64,000 nucleotides of DNA from an uncultured delta proteobacterium (GTDB taxonomy: Bacteria > Myxococcota_A > Polyangia > Fen-1088): assembly GCA_963767925.1 (NCBI GenBank), contig CAVYGB010000010.1:992001-1056000 (forward strand), in the 5' to 3' direction. The notes under the pieces are model-generated. The model worked only from the letters and a program-made list of their open reading frames with translations. It was not told the origin of the DNA and did not search any database. Of the stretch, positions 21,393-30,189 are shown piece by piece. Numbering within the stretch: position 1 is the first letter of the stretch; the number at the start of each line of letters is the position of its first letter. A program made the position numbers and the translations under genes.

Positions 21393-22151
21393 ATGTCGAC
21401 CGGCCCGTGCGTGACCTCTTCCCATCCTGTTCCCGGGCGCCTCGGGATCGTTCTCGCGCTGGCGTTGCCCCTGGTAGCGCTAGGGGCCTGTCAGCGGGAC
21501 CTGGACCCCGGGAGGGGGGAGCCGCCGCCTGCACCCGCCGCGCCGCCGGCGGTGGGGGCGCCCCCCGCGGTCACCCCGCCCGCCGGGTCGCCCACCCCGC
21601 CCGCCCAGCCGGAGCAGGGACCAGCGCTCTGGAAGGCGAAGTTCGCCACCACGAAGGGTGAGTTCGTGATCGAAGTGCACCGGGACTGGGCGCCGAACGG
21701 GGCCGACCGGTTCTACAACCTCGTGAAGGCGGGCTTTTACAACCAGGTGAAGTTCTTCCGGGCCATCCCCGGCTTCATGGTCCAGTTCGGCATCAACGGC
21801 GACCCGGCCGTCAGCCGGGCCTGGAAGAGCGCGCTGATCAGCGACGACCCGGTGGTCCGCTCCAACACGCGCGGTTTCATCACCTTCGCCACCGCCGGCC
21901 CCAACACGCGGACCACCCAGGTCTTCATCAACCTCGTCGACAACGCGCGCCTCGATCCGCGGGGCTTCTCCCCCTTCGGCCAGGTCGTGTCGGGAATGGA
22001 GATCGTCGACAGCCTCTACACTGGCTACGGCGAGGGCGCCCCCAGCGGTATGGGCCCCAGCCAGTCGAAGATCGAATCGGAAGGCAACCCCTACCTCGAC
22101 CGCGACTTCCCCCGCCTCGACGCCGTCCAGACCGCAACCATCGTTCCCTGA
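21393..22151 (+). CDS. Cyclophilin-type peptidyl-prolyl isomerase lipoprotein
   Basis: Lipobox LGAC, Pro-rich linker, WAPNGADRFYNLV, FFRAIPGFMVQFG, GPNTRTTQVFINL, GFSPFGQVV. Confidence 0.92.
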   Translation: MSTGPCVTSSHPVPGRLGIVLALALPLVALGACQRDLDPGRGEPPPAPAAPPAVGAPPAVTPPAGSPTPPAQPEQGPALWKAKFATTKGEFVIEVHRDWAPNGADRFYNLVKAGFYNQVKFFRAIPGFMVQFGINGDPAVSRAWKSALISDDPVVRSNTRGFITFATAGPNTRTTQVFINLVDNARLDPRGFSPFGQVVSGMEIVDSLYTGYGEGAPSGMGPSQSKIESEGNPYLDRDFPRLDAVQTATIVP

Positions 22152-22311
22152 GCCGCACGGGAGGATCCCGCCCGTCGCGCTCCCGGCCCGTCGCGCTTCC
22201 GGCCCGCCGGCGGGGCCGCCGCCTGCGCCAGCGGGGCGCCGGAAGCTCCGCGCTCTGGCTCCGGCGCTGGCGCTGGCGCTGGCGCTGAAAACGCGAAGCA
22301 GAGTCGCAGTT

Positions 22312-22427
22312 GGGGCGGTGGGCATGTGGGCAAACGCGTCCGCGCGTCTGCGCGTCCGCTCTGCGCGTTTGTCCAAGGGGTGTGGGCAGTCTGCTGTCCA
22401 CACCCCGGCATGTCCACGGCCCACCCC
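22312..22427 (+). other. Three-stem structured element (candidate ssDNA/RNA structure)
   Basis: Stems GTGGGCATG/CATGTCCAC, GGGCAAACGCG/CGCGTTTGTCC and GGGGTGTGGGCAG/CTGTCCACACCCC, each with one G-T pair on the + strand. Confidence 0.7.
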
Positions 22428-22535
22428 CACCCGAGCGCCCCCCCTTCCCTCTCCTCCGGCGCACGTCCCCCTATCCACGCCGCCACTCCATCCCATCTCC
22501 CAGACTCCGCCCGCCCATCCGACGGGACATCTAAC

Positions 22536-22564
22536 TTGAAACTATGCCGCAACCAATCTAGTAT
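22536..22564 (+). promoter_or_regulatory. Sigma70-type promoter for the RAYT gene
   Basis: TTGAAA-17 nt-TAGTAT, 12 nt before ATG 22577. Confidence 0.6.
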
Positions 22565-22576
22565 TGCCTCATTCAA

Positions 22577-23254
22577 ATGAACGGCCAGCAACGTTGCGCT
22601 CAGCTCGCCTTGCCCCGGACGTCCGGGTGGGGTGGGAGGCGGAAGGGGGCCGGGAGGCCTCCGATTCCCGGGCCGCGACGGCCGGCGCCGCATCGGGCGC
22701 GGGCGCCTCACAAGGGCGCTCATCCGTTGCACGTGACGTTGCGGGCCAGGGCGGGGCTCGTCTCGCTGCGGAGCAAGCGGGTCTTCAGGACGTTGCGGGA
22801 TTGCTTTCGCGCGTCGAGCTCAGCGGTCTTCCGGGTAGTGCAGTTCTCGGTGCAGGCCGACCACGTGCACCTGCTTGTCGAAGCGGACGACAAGGCAGCG
22901 CTGTCCTCCGGCGCGCGCGGCCTGGTCATCCGGAGCGCGCTGGCCATCAACCGGGCCTGCCAGCGCCGCGGACATATCTGGGGCGACCGCTATCACGCGC
23001 GCGAGCTGGCGACGCCGCGGGAGGTGCGCAATGCGCTCGTATACGTTCTCATGAACCACAAGAAGCACGGCCTGCGCGACCATGGGCACATCGACCCCTG
23101 CTCCTCGGCCCCCTGGTTCGACGGCTTCCGCGTCCCGCTCGCGCCGCCGAGCGCCCCCCCGGCCACCTGCTTCCCCCGCACCTGGCTCGCCACCGTGGGC
23201 TGGCGCCGCCGCGGCCTCATCGACCCCACCGAGTCCCCGAAGACCCTCCAGTGA
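22577..23254 (+). mobile_element. REP-associated tyrosine transposase (RAYT, Y1 HUH family)
   Basis: WGGRRKGAGRP, HVTLR, FSVQADHVHLLVEA (HUH), WGDRYHAREL, ALVYVLMN (catalytic Tyr). Confidence 0.85.
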
Positions 23255-23369
23255 GTGGGCCCAGCCTTCGCCGCTGGGCGGGCGCCAGGCAGGGGGAAGG
23301 GGGCGACGCTGAGGGTGGCAAAGGGCTGGGGCGCAACAGCGGCGAGGGGCGCGCCGGATCGGGGGACTC

Positions 23370-23424
23370 CAGACGCAGAGGCAGAGCCGGAACAGAGCTC
23401 GAGGCAGAGGCAGAGAGAGGGCAG
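23370..23424 (+). repeat. Degenerate GCAGAG hexamer tandem
   Basis: cagacgcagaggcagagccggaacagagctcgaggcagaggcagagagagggcag; a (GGCGCT)x4 tandem lies at 22263-22286 on the other side of the RAYT. Confidence 0.5.
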
Positions 23425-23635
23425 GAGGCGGGGACGACGGGAGGCGAGCGGATCGAGGAGATTCCCGCGGGGCGCGGCGACCGGAATATCGGGACCTATT
23501 CAAGGGCGCGGCGGCGCGAACAGGATCGCCGACACAAGGAGCGACGGCAGGCGGTGGCAGGCGATTTTCCCGCTCCTCGATCCGCCGAGTCAGTCGGGCG
23601 GTGCTTCCACCGGGGCAGTCGGGGCCGGGGGGGAG

Positions 23636-24622
23636 CTATGGACCGGGCTTTGGCGTGGAAGGGGCGGTCAGGCGGTGGGCGACGGCGCGGGCGCGGCGGG
23701 GGTAGTCGGTGATGAGGCCGTCGGCGCCGAGGCGGAGGAGGCGTTCCATTTCGGGGGCGTCGTTGATGGTCCAGTAGGCGACGAGGACGCCCAGAGTCTT
23801 CGCGGACGCGATCAGGCCGGGGGTGTCCATGCTGAGGCCGGCGCCGGCGCGGGGGGTGGCGAGGACCTGGTAGACGGGGCGGGAGAGGCGGCCGTTGCTG
23901 AGCTTGACTCCGGCGGCGAGGCGGATGGCGGCCCACTTGGGGAAATAGTGGGGGACTTCGGGGAGGAGGTCGCGGAGGCGGCTGCCGATGCCGTCGTCGG
24001 CGGAGCCGATCACCAGGCGGTCGAGGCGGCCGGACTGGCGGAGGCGGCGCACGAGTTGCTCCTCGTAGCCGGCGGCTTTCACCTCGATGCCGATCAGGGT
24101 TTGCTTCGGCAGCGCCGCGAGGACCTCGTCGAGGGTCGGGATCCGGTAGCCCTTGCCACGCAGCGGGAACTTGCCGGCCTCGGCCGAGGAGCGGCAGACG
24201 CTGCGGGCGGAGGTGCCCCGACCTTCGCCGGGGGTGGCGCAGTGGGCGGCGTCGAGGGCCTGCAGCTCGGCGAGGGTGAGGGCGTCGACGGCGCCGGTGC
24301 CGTTGGTTGTGCGGTCCACGGTGGCGTCGTGGATGATCACGAGGTGGCCGTCGCGCGAGCGCCGCACGTCCATCTCGATGGCCACCGCCGGGTCGTCGGC
24401 CAGCACGGCCAGCATCGCCTGCAGGGTCGATTCGGGGCCCTCGCCGGCGCCGCCCCGGTGGGCGAACACGATGGGGCGGGGCACCCCCGCCAGCAGGGCG
24501 GCCTGCCGGGCCCGGCAGGCGGTGCTGGGGAAGGTGGCCAGCGCCAGCGTCAGCCCGGCCAGCAGGGTGGCGGCGCTCCTCCTCGATCCGACGATCCTGT
24601 CTCGTTCTCGCAGCGGCTTCAC
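23636..24622 (-). CDS. Glycerophosphodiester phosphodiesterase
   Basis: FAHRGGAGEGPEST, IEMDVRRSRDGHLVIIHDATVDRTTNG, IPTLDEVL, WTIND, GADGLITDYP; start set at GTG 24622 before a signal peptide. Confidence 0.92.
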   Translation of the reverse strand: MKPLRERDRIVGSRRSAATLLAGLTLALATFPSTACRARQAALLAGVPRPIVFAHRGGAGEGPESTLQAMLAVLADDPAVAIEMDVRRSRDGHLVIIHDATVDRTTNGTGAVDALTLAELQALDAAHCATPGEGRGTSARSVCRSSAEAGKFPLRGKGYRIPTLDEVLAALPKQTLIGIEVKAAGYEEQLVRRLRQSGRLDRLVIGSADDGIGSRLRDLLPEVPHYFPKWAAIRLAAGVKLSNGRLSRPVYQVLATPRAGAGLSMDTPGLIASAKTLGVLVAYWTINDAPEMERLLRLGADGLITDYPRRARAVAHRLTAPSTPKPGP

Positions 24623-24703
24623 GGCCCGCGCATCATGCCACCCTCCGCGCGCGGGTGCAGGTGGCGGTTGGTTCGGCCGCCAGCGCGTACCACGCCCCGC
24701 AGA

Positions 24704-24890
24704 CCCCTCACCCCTCCCTCTCCCCGCCGCCGCGGGGCGAGGGCGAACGGGCCGGGGGGAAGTGAAAATCTCGGGCGGAAGATGATCGAGGCACCTCGCA
24801 GCTTGGTCCCCCTCGCTCGGCGCCGGCGAGGACTCGGAACTCGATCCAGGCACCTCGCAGCTTGTTCGCCCTCGCCCCGCGGCAGCGGGG
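24704..24890. repeat. REP/REPIN-like palindromic repeat pair
   Basis: CCCCTCACCCCTCCCTCTCCCC...GGGGCGAGGG unit; 24722-24748 and 24864-24890 are 27-bp inverted copies (1 mismatch); 17-bp direct repeat AGGCACCTCGCAGCTTG at 24789 and 24848. Confidence 0.75.
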
Positions 24891-25376
24891 TCAGGCGCTG
24901 GTGGGGTCGATCAGCACGCGGAAGCGCACCACCGCGAGGGCGTCGGGGAGCTCGACGGAGCCGGCGAGGATGGCGCCGTGGGTGACCTGGCGGGGGATGG
25001 TGAGCCAGGCGGTGAAGCGCTCCTGGTGGCTGCCGCGGCCGCTGCAGCTCGGGCAGCCGGCGGGGGGGCGGTCCCGGCACGCGGGGCAGCGGAGGTCGAC
25101 GGGCATCGTGATGGTGGCGGTGCCGCCCTCGGCGGCCTCGTCGGGGTGCAGGTGCAGGGCGATCAGGTTGCCCCGCTCGTGGTAGGCGACGTGGCGGGCG
25201 ATCAGCGTCTCGAGGTGGCCGGTGAGGCGGGGCAGGATCACCTCGGGCGGCACGCTCCAGAGGGTCCGCATGGCCCGGGTCGGCCCGGGTGCGGCGGGCG
25301 GCGGCGTGGGGTTCGGCTCCGTCGCTTCCGAGCTCAGCTCGGCGGCGATCATCGGAGCGTCCCCAGTGGCATCCAT
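24891..25376 (-). CDS. Hypothetical protein with DnaJ-like zinc-finger fragment
   Basis: EAAEGGTATITMPVDLRCPAC...GCPSCSGRG...LTIP, resembles DnaJ central/C-terminal part, no J domain. Confidence 0.6.
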   Translation of the reverse strand: MDATGDAPMIAAELSSEATEPNPTPPPAAPGPTRAMRTLWSVPPEVILPRLTGHLETLIARHVAYHERGNLIALHLHPDEAAEGGTATITMPVDLRCPACRDRPPAGCPSCSGRGSHQERFTAWLTIPRQVTHGAILAGSVELPDALAVVRFRVLIDPTSA

Positions 25377-25453
25377 CGAGATCGCCTATCTTATTCCTCC
25401 GGGGCCGGGAGGTCCCGCGCTTCGAGCAGACCAGCCCTACAGAAGGGCCCTGA

Positions 25454-25828
25454 TCAGGGGCTGGTGACGCGGACGCCGGAGTAGGCCGGGTTGCCTGCGC
25501 AATAAGGCGGCGAGAGCTTGCGCAGCTCCAGCCGGACCCGGGCGCCGGGGGCCCGGGCCTGCAGGGCGTTGACCATGCGGCGGGCCAGGGACTCGAGCAG
25601 GTGGTGCGGCTCGCCCACCCCGATGGTCACCACGGCCTCGGTGATGTCACGAAAATCGAGCGTGTCGGCCAGCCGGTCGCTGGCCTCGGCGCGATCGAGG
25701 GCGGTGTCGATCTCCACGTCGACCTCGAACCGGCGGGTGCTCTGGCGCTCGGCCGCGCTGGCCCCGTGACGGCCTTCGAAGCCGATCTTCGACACGATGA
25801 GGGTGGCCACCCGGTCGGGTCCGATCAA
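25454..25828 (-). CDS. folB: Dihydroneopterin aldolase
   Basis: FEGRHGASAAERQ, FEVDVEI, SDRLADTLDF, HLLESLA, LRKLSPP. Confidence 0.9.
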   Translation of the reverse strand: MIGPDRVATLIVSKIGFEGRHGASAAERQSTRRFEVDVEIDTALDRAEASDRLADTLDFRDITEAVVTIGVGEPHHLLESLARRMVNALQARAPGARVRLELRKLSPPYCAGNPAYSGVRVTSP

Positions 25829-26355
25829 GGTGACGACGACTCGGCCTCGAGCGCCTCTTTCTTCATCTTGCGCTTGATGATCTCGCGCTTGACGGGGCCG
25901 ACGAGGTCGATGAGCAGCCGCCCGATGAGGTGATCGCTCTCGTGCTGCAGGGCCCGGGAGAACAGCTCCTCCCCCTCGATCTCGAAGGGTTTGCCCTCGA
26001 GGTCCAGGGCGCGCACCCGCGCGCGCATGCCACGCTTGACGGGGACGAAGATGCCCGGGAAAGACAGGCAGCCCTCGTCGCCGGTCTGGGCCTCATCGGA
26101 GATCCACACCAGCTCCGGGTTGATGAACACCATCACCGGATCGTCGAGGGACTTGCCCGCCACCTCGGGGTCCACGATGAACAGCCGCAGGGGGGCGCCC
26201 ACCTGGATGGCGGCCAGGCCGGCCCCGTTGGCTGCGTACATCGTGTCGCTCATGTCGGACACCAGGCGCTGCAGGTCCTCGTCGAACGCTTCGATCGAGA
26301 CGCACTTTTCGCGGAGCCGCGGGTCCGGGTAACGGAGAATCGGCAGAAGGGCCAT
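25825..26355 (-). CDS. def: Peptide deformylase
   Basis: MALLPILRYPDPRL, GAGLAAIQVG, EGCLSFPG, QHESDHLIG. Confidence 0.97.
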   Translation of the reverse strand: MALLPILRYPDPRLREKCVSIEAFDEDLQRLVSDMSDTMYAANGAGLAAIQVGAPLRLFIVDPEVAGKSLDDPVMVFINPELVWISDEAQTGDEGCLSFPGIFVPVKRGMRARVRALDLEGKPFEIEGEELFSRALQHESDHLIGRLLIDLVGPVKREIIKRKMKKEALEAESSSP

Positions 26356-26457
26356 GACAGACACGAAAGGATGACACTTCGCCACAACCCCCGCAAGACG
26401 CGCGCTGACCCAGTTTTTTCTAGGGCCCCGGCGGACATGCTGGCGTAATGAAGCGTC

Positions 26458-29400
26458 ATGGCTCGCTCGTCCGCTTCGCTCCGGCTCGTGGCGTTGATGG
26501 GGTTCGCGACGCTGGCGGCGCCCGCGGCCGGTGAGCCCGCCGACCGCATCACCGCCCGCACCTCGGCGCGCATGCTCGAGCAGGCGCTGTCCCGCGCCAG
26601 GGCCGGTGGCGAGGGGGCGCTGGCCGGGCTGGCGATCGCCGCGACGCTGGCCGACTCGGTCCCCGCCGGGGAGGCGCGGCGCGGGCTCGCGGCGCTGGGC
26701 CACAGCAGCGGCGAGGTGGCCGAGCAGGCCAGATGGATCGCCGCCGCGCTCGACCCCGACCCGCAGGCGCGCCCGGCGGGCCTGGTGCGCAACCTCGCCG
26801 TCCTGGGCCCCTTCCGCGATCTCGGCGGCGGCCTCACCCGCCGCGAGGGGCCGGAGCTGCCCGGGCAGGTCTGGGGCGACCGGCGGGCGGCCTACGACTG
26901 GGGCGCCCACGAGGTGCGCTGGCGCCCGGTGCCCGCGGCGGTGGTCTCCGCCCGTGGCGTGCCGCTCGACCTCCTCATCCACCCGCGCCGCGAGTCCTGC
27001 AGCTACCTGGCCACCCGGGTGCGGCTGCCGGCGGCACAGGCGCTGCTGGTCCAGGTCGCCGCCGCCGGATCGGTCCGCCTGATCTGGAACGGCGCCGACG
27101 CCGCCCGCAGCGAGGACAGCCACTCCGGCCTGCTCTTCGATCGAGTCGCCGCCCGGGTCGACGCCGAGCGGGGGGATCACCACCTGGCGGTCAAGGTCTG
27201 CTCGGGCCCGATCGACGACCGCGGGCGCGTGCGGATCCGGGTGCAAGATCCTGCCGGTCGCCCGATCGATCTGGCGACAAGCGCCGACCTCGCCCCGACC
27301 CGCAGCGGCGCGCCCGGGCTGGCCGCGGCCCGCGCGGCGGCGCTGCCGACCGCGCTCGACAAGGCGCTCGCCCCCGGCCCGGCCCCCTCGCCCGAGCGGG
27401 CGCTGGCGATGGCCCTGGTGCGGCGACTGGGCGAGGCCGACGACCAGCGCAGCCCGCGCGCGCCGGGGCTGCTCGATTCGGTGGCCACCGCCGAGGGGAT
27501 CGCGCCCGACCGCCTGGCCGCCGCCGGCTGGGCCGCGCCCTTCGGGCCCCAGCGCAGCGGCTGGCTGGGGCTGGCCCGGCAGCGGGCGCAGGCCGCGCGC
27601 GATCCGGAGACGGCGAGCTTCTGCCTGCGCATGCTGGCCCAGGCCCGCACCCGCGGCGGGTTCGCCGACTGGGCGCTGGCCACCCTCGGCGAGCCGCCCA
27701 CCGGCGACGAGGGCGACCTCGAGGTGCGGCTGATCCGGGCGGCGGCCCGGGCCTCCCTCGGGCAGGAGTCGATCCGGCGGGCCGCCCTGGCCGAGCTGGT
27801 GGAGCTGGCGCGCGGCGAGGGGGAGCGGGCCCCCATCACCCTGTGGGCCCACCTGGCCTGGCTGGCCCGCGACCTCGACCCGAAGATCCACCTGCGCGCC
27901 ACCGACGCGATCGCCGCCGGTCAGCCCGAGCGGCGCGACCGCGACTGGATCGAGGCGCGCACCCGGGTGGGGCAAGCGGCCGTGCAGAAGGGGGCCGAGG
28001 CCGCCCTGGCCAGCGGCAGCGCCCTGCAGGACGCCGACACCCTGCTCGCCTTCGGAGAGGCCCTCGAGCGGGCGGGGCTGCGGGCGGAGGCGGCGGACCT
28101 GTACCGGCTCGGCAGCGAGCTCGCCCCCAACCGGGAGGGGTTCTTCGTCGGGCTCGCCCGCGCCCGCTACCAGCAGCACGACCGGGCCGGCGGGGACCGG
28201 GCGCTGGCCCGGGCCCGGGCCCTCGATCCCAACAACGCCCGCACCCGGGCCGAGGCCAGCCTGCGCGGGCAGGTGCCGAGCCGACCCACCCCGGCCGCGA
28301 CCTCCCCCCTGCTTGTCGAGCCGGCGGTGTTCCTGGCCCGCAAGGCGCGCGCGCCGGCCCGCAAGGGCGAGGTCGAGGGCCGCCTCCTGCACCGGCTGTA
28401 CGCCGAGAGCCTGCTCGCCAATCGCCGCGTCTCCCGCCTGTTCCACGTCGCCTACGAGGTCGTCGTCGAACCGCGCACGCAGGCCGAGCTGCTCAACAGC
28501 TACGGCCTGGCCGGCACGCCCGAGATCCTGCGGGCGGTGGTCCACCGCGCCGGCGGCGGGGTGGAGCCGGCCCTCGAGCAGCGGATCGACAGGGGCCAGG
28601 CCCGCCTGCGCTGGCGGGAGCTGAAGGCCGGCGACGTGACCGAGGTGGCGATCCGCTCCTTCACCGAGCGCCCGGTCGGCCAGCGCGGCGACTTCCCCCA
28701 CCAGGGCTTTTACCCGTCGGGCACCACCCTCAGCGAGCCCACCCTCTACACCGAGGTGGTGCTCGAGTTCCCCGAGGACGCGCCGCTGGCCCACGACGTG
28801 GTCCACGGCAAGCCCGACCGCCTGCTCGAAGACCGCAAGGGCGGCCGGCGCACGGTGCGGTTCATCTGGGACCAGCCGCGCAACATGGCCGACGAGCCGA
28901 TGGCGCCGGCGGCGACCGAGGTGTTGCCCACCGTCGTCTGGTCGCTGTATCCGGGCTGGGACGACTTCGTGGGCTGGTTCCGCGACGCCACCGCCGGCTT
29001 CACCGAGCCCGACGAGCAGGTGCGCCGGCTGGCCCGCGAGCTGACCGCCGGCCTGACCGGGCGGGACGACAAGGTGCGGGCCCTGTTCGGCTACGTCGCC
29101 GACCGGGTCCGCTACGTCAACTACGAGTCGGCCGAGCGCTGGCTGCCGAACCGGCCACAGCAGGTGCTGGCCCGGCGCCAGGGCGACTGCGACGACAAGT
29201 CGACCCTGCTGATCTCCCTGCTGAAGGCCTGCGACATCGAGGCCTCCCTGGTCTTCGTGCAGCCCCGCGACACCCACCGCTTCCCCTCGCTGCTGTCGGC
29301 GCCGAAGGCCGCCCTCCCCTACTTCGGGCACGCCATCTCGATCCTCCCGGGGGAAAAGGGCGAGCCGCCCCTCTGGCTCAACCCCACCTCGCCCCACAGC

Positions 29401-30189
29401 CGGGTCGGGCGCCTGCACTCGAACGAGGCGGGCGTGCCGGCGGTGATCGTCACCGCCACGGGCGCGGTGCGGACCACCACCCCGGCCGCCTCCCCCGACG
29501 ACCACGGGCGGGACGCGCGCTGGATCATCACCCTCGACGCCAGCGGCGCCGGGGAGCTGCAGGCCGACGAGCGGCACCGGGGCGACAGCGCCTTCTGGCT
29601 GCGTCGCAAGCTGGGCGAGGTCGAGACCCGGGCCCAGACGGTCGAGAGCGAGGTGCTGGCCCGCTGGTGGCGCTCGGTCGGCGTCGACGGCAAGGTCGAC
29701 TTCGATCCCAACCCCGGCGACGGCGACGCCCGCCTGGCCTACCGGGCCCGCTCGGACGCCTTCGCCCAGCGCGAGGGCAAGGCGCTGGCCTTCCCCCTCT
29801 CCCCGGCCGCCACCTTGACCTCGCGCCTGGCGCCGCTTACCCGGCGCACCTTGCCGGTGGTGCTGCCGGTCCAGGCCGCCGAGGGAGGCGCCCCCAACCG
29901 CGACACCCGCGAGATCGAGGTGCACGGCCCCCCCGGCTTCCGCCTGGCCGCCCTGCCCCGCAGCGGCAGCGAGCCGGGCGGCGCCTTCGGCGAGGCCCGC
30001 CTGGAGCACACCCGCAAGAGCGACCGGGTGCTGCTGGTCCGGCGGACCCTGATCTTCCGGGCCGACACCGTGCCGCCGGAAAAATACGCCGAGTGGCGGA
30101 GCTGGCTCCAGCGAGTCGACAGCCTCATGCACCAGTCGGTGCGCTTCGTCCCCGTCCGGGCGGGCGTCCCCACCGTGGCGGGCAAATGA
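26458..30189 (+). CDS. Secreted TPR + DUF3857-like + transglutaminase-like protein
   Basis: Signal peptide, TPR-like helices, VADRVRYV, RRQGDCDDKSTLLISLL, FGHAI, WLNPT (Cys-His-Asn). Confidence 0.85.
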   Translation: MARSSASLRLVALMGFATLAAPAAGEPADRITARTSARMLEQALSRARAGGEGALAGLAIAATLADSVPAGEARRGLAALGHSSGEVAEQARWIAAALDPDPQARPAGLVRNLAVLGPFRDLGGGLTRREGPELPGQVWGDRRAAYDWGAHEVRWRPVPAAVVSARGVPLDLLIHPRRESCSYLATRVRLPAAQALLVQVAAAGSVRLIWNGADAARSEDSHSGLLFDRVAARVDAERGDHHLAVKVCSGPIDDRGRVRIRVQDPAGRPIDLATSADLAPTRSGAPGLAAARAAALPTALDKALAPGPAPSPERALAMALVRRLGEADDQRSPRAPGLLDSVATAEGIAPDRLAAAGWAAPFGPQRSGWLGLARQRAQAARDPETASFCLRMLAQARTRGGFADWALATLGEPPTGDEGDLEVRLIRAAARASLGQESIRRAALAELVELARGEGERAPITLWAHLAWLARDLDPKIHLRATDAIAAGQPERRDRDWIEARTRVGQAAVQKGAEAALASGSALQDADTLLAFGEALERAGLRAEAADLYRLGSELAPNREGFFVGLARARYQQHDRAGGDRALARARALDPNNARTRAEASLRGQVPSRPTPAATSPLLVEPAVFLARKARAPARKGEVEGRLLHRLYAESLLANRRVSRLFHVAYEVVVEPRTQAELLNSYGLAGTPEILRAVVHRAGGGVEPALEQRIDRGQARLRWRELKAGDVTEVAIRSFTERPVGQRGDFPHQGFYPSGTTLSEPTLYTEVVLEFPEDAPLAHDVVHGKPDRLLEDRKGGRRTVRFIWDQPRNMADEPMAPAATEVLPTVVWSLYPGWDDFVGWFRDATAGFTEPDEQVRRLARELTAGLTGRDDKVRALFGYVADRVRYVNYESAERWLPNRPQQVLARRQGDCDDKSTLLISLLKACDIEASLVFVQPRDTHRFPSLLSAPKAALPYFGHAISILPGEKGEPPLWLNPTSPHSRVGRLHSNEAGVPAVIVTATGAVRTTTPAASPDDHGRDARWIITLDASGAGELQADERHRGDSAFWLRRKLGEVETRAQTVESEVLARWWRSVGVDGKVDFDPNPGDGDARLAYRARSDAFAQREGKALAFPLSPAATLTSRLAPLTRRTLPVVLPVQAAEGGAPNRDTREIEVHGPPGFRLAALPRSGSEPGGAFGEARLEHTRKSDRVLLVRRTLIFRADTVPPEKYAEWRSWLQRVDSLMHQSVRFVPVRAGVPTVAGK

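Noticed and set aside
22263..24890. CRISPR array
   Set aside because: Repeats are hexamer tandems or two-copy palindromes; no repeat-spacer periodicity and no cas genes
26733..30185. N-terminal half of the 2401-aa ORF
   Set aside because: Off-frame shadow of the 26458-30189 gene; real start is ATG 30186
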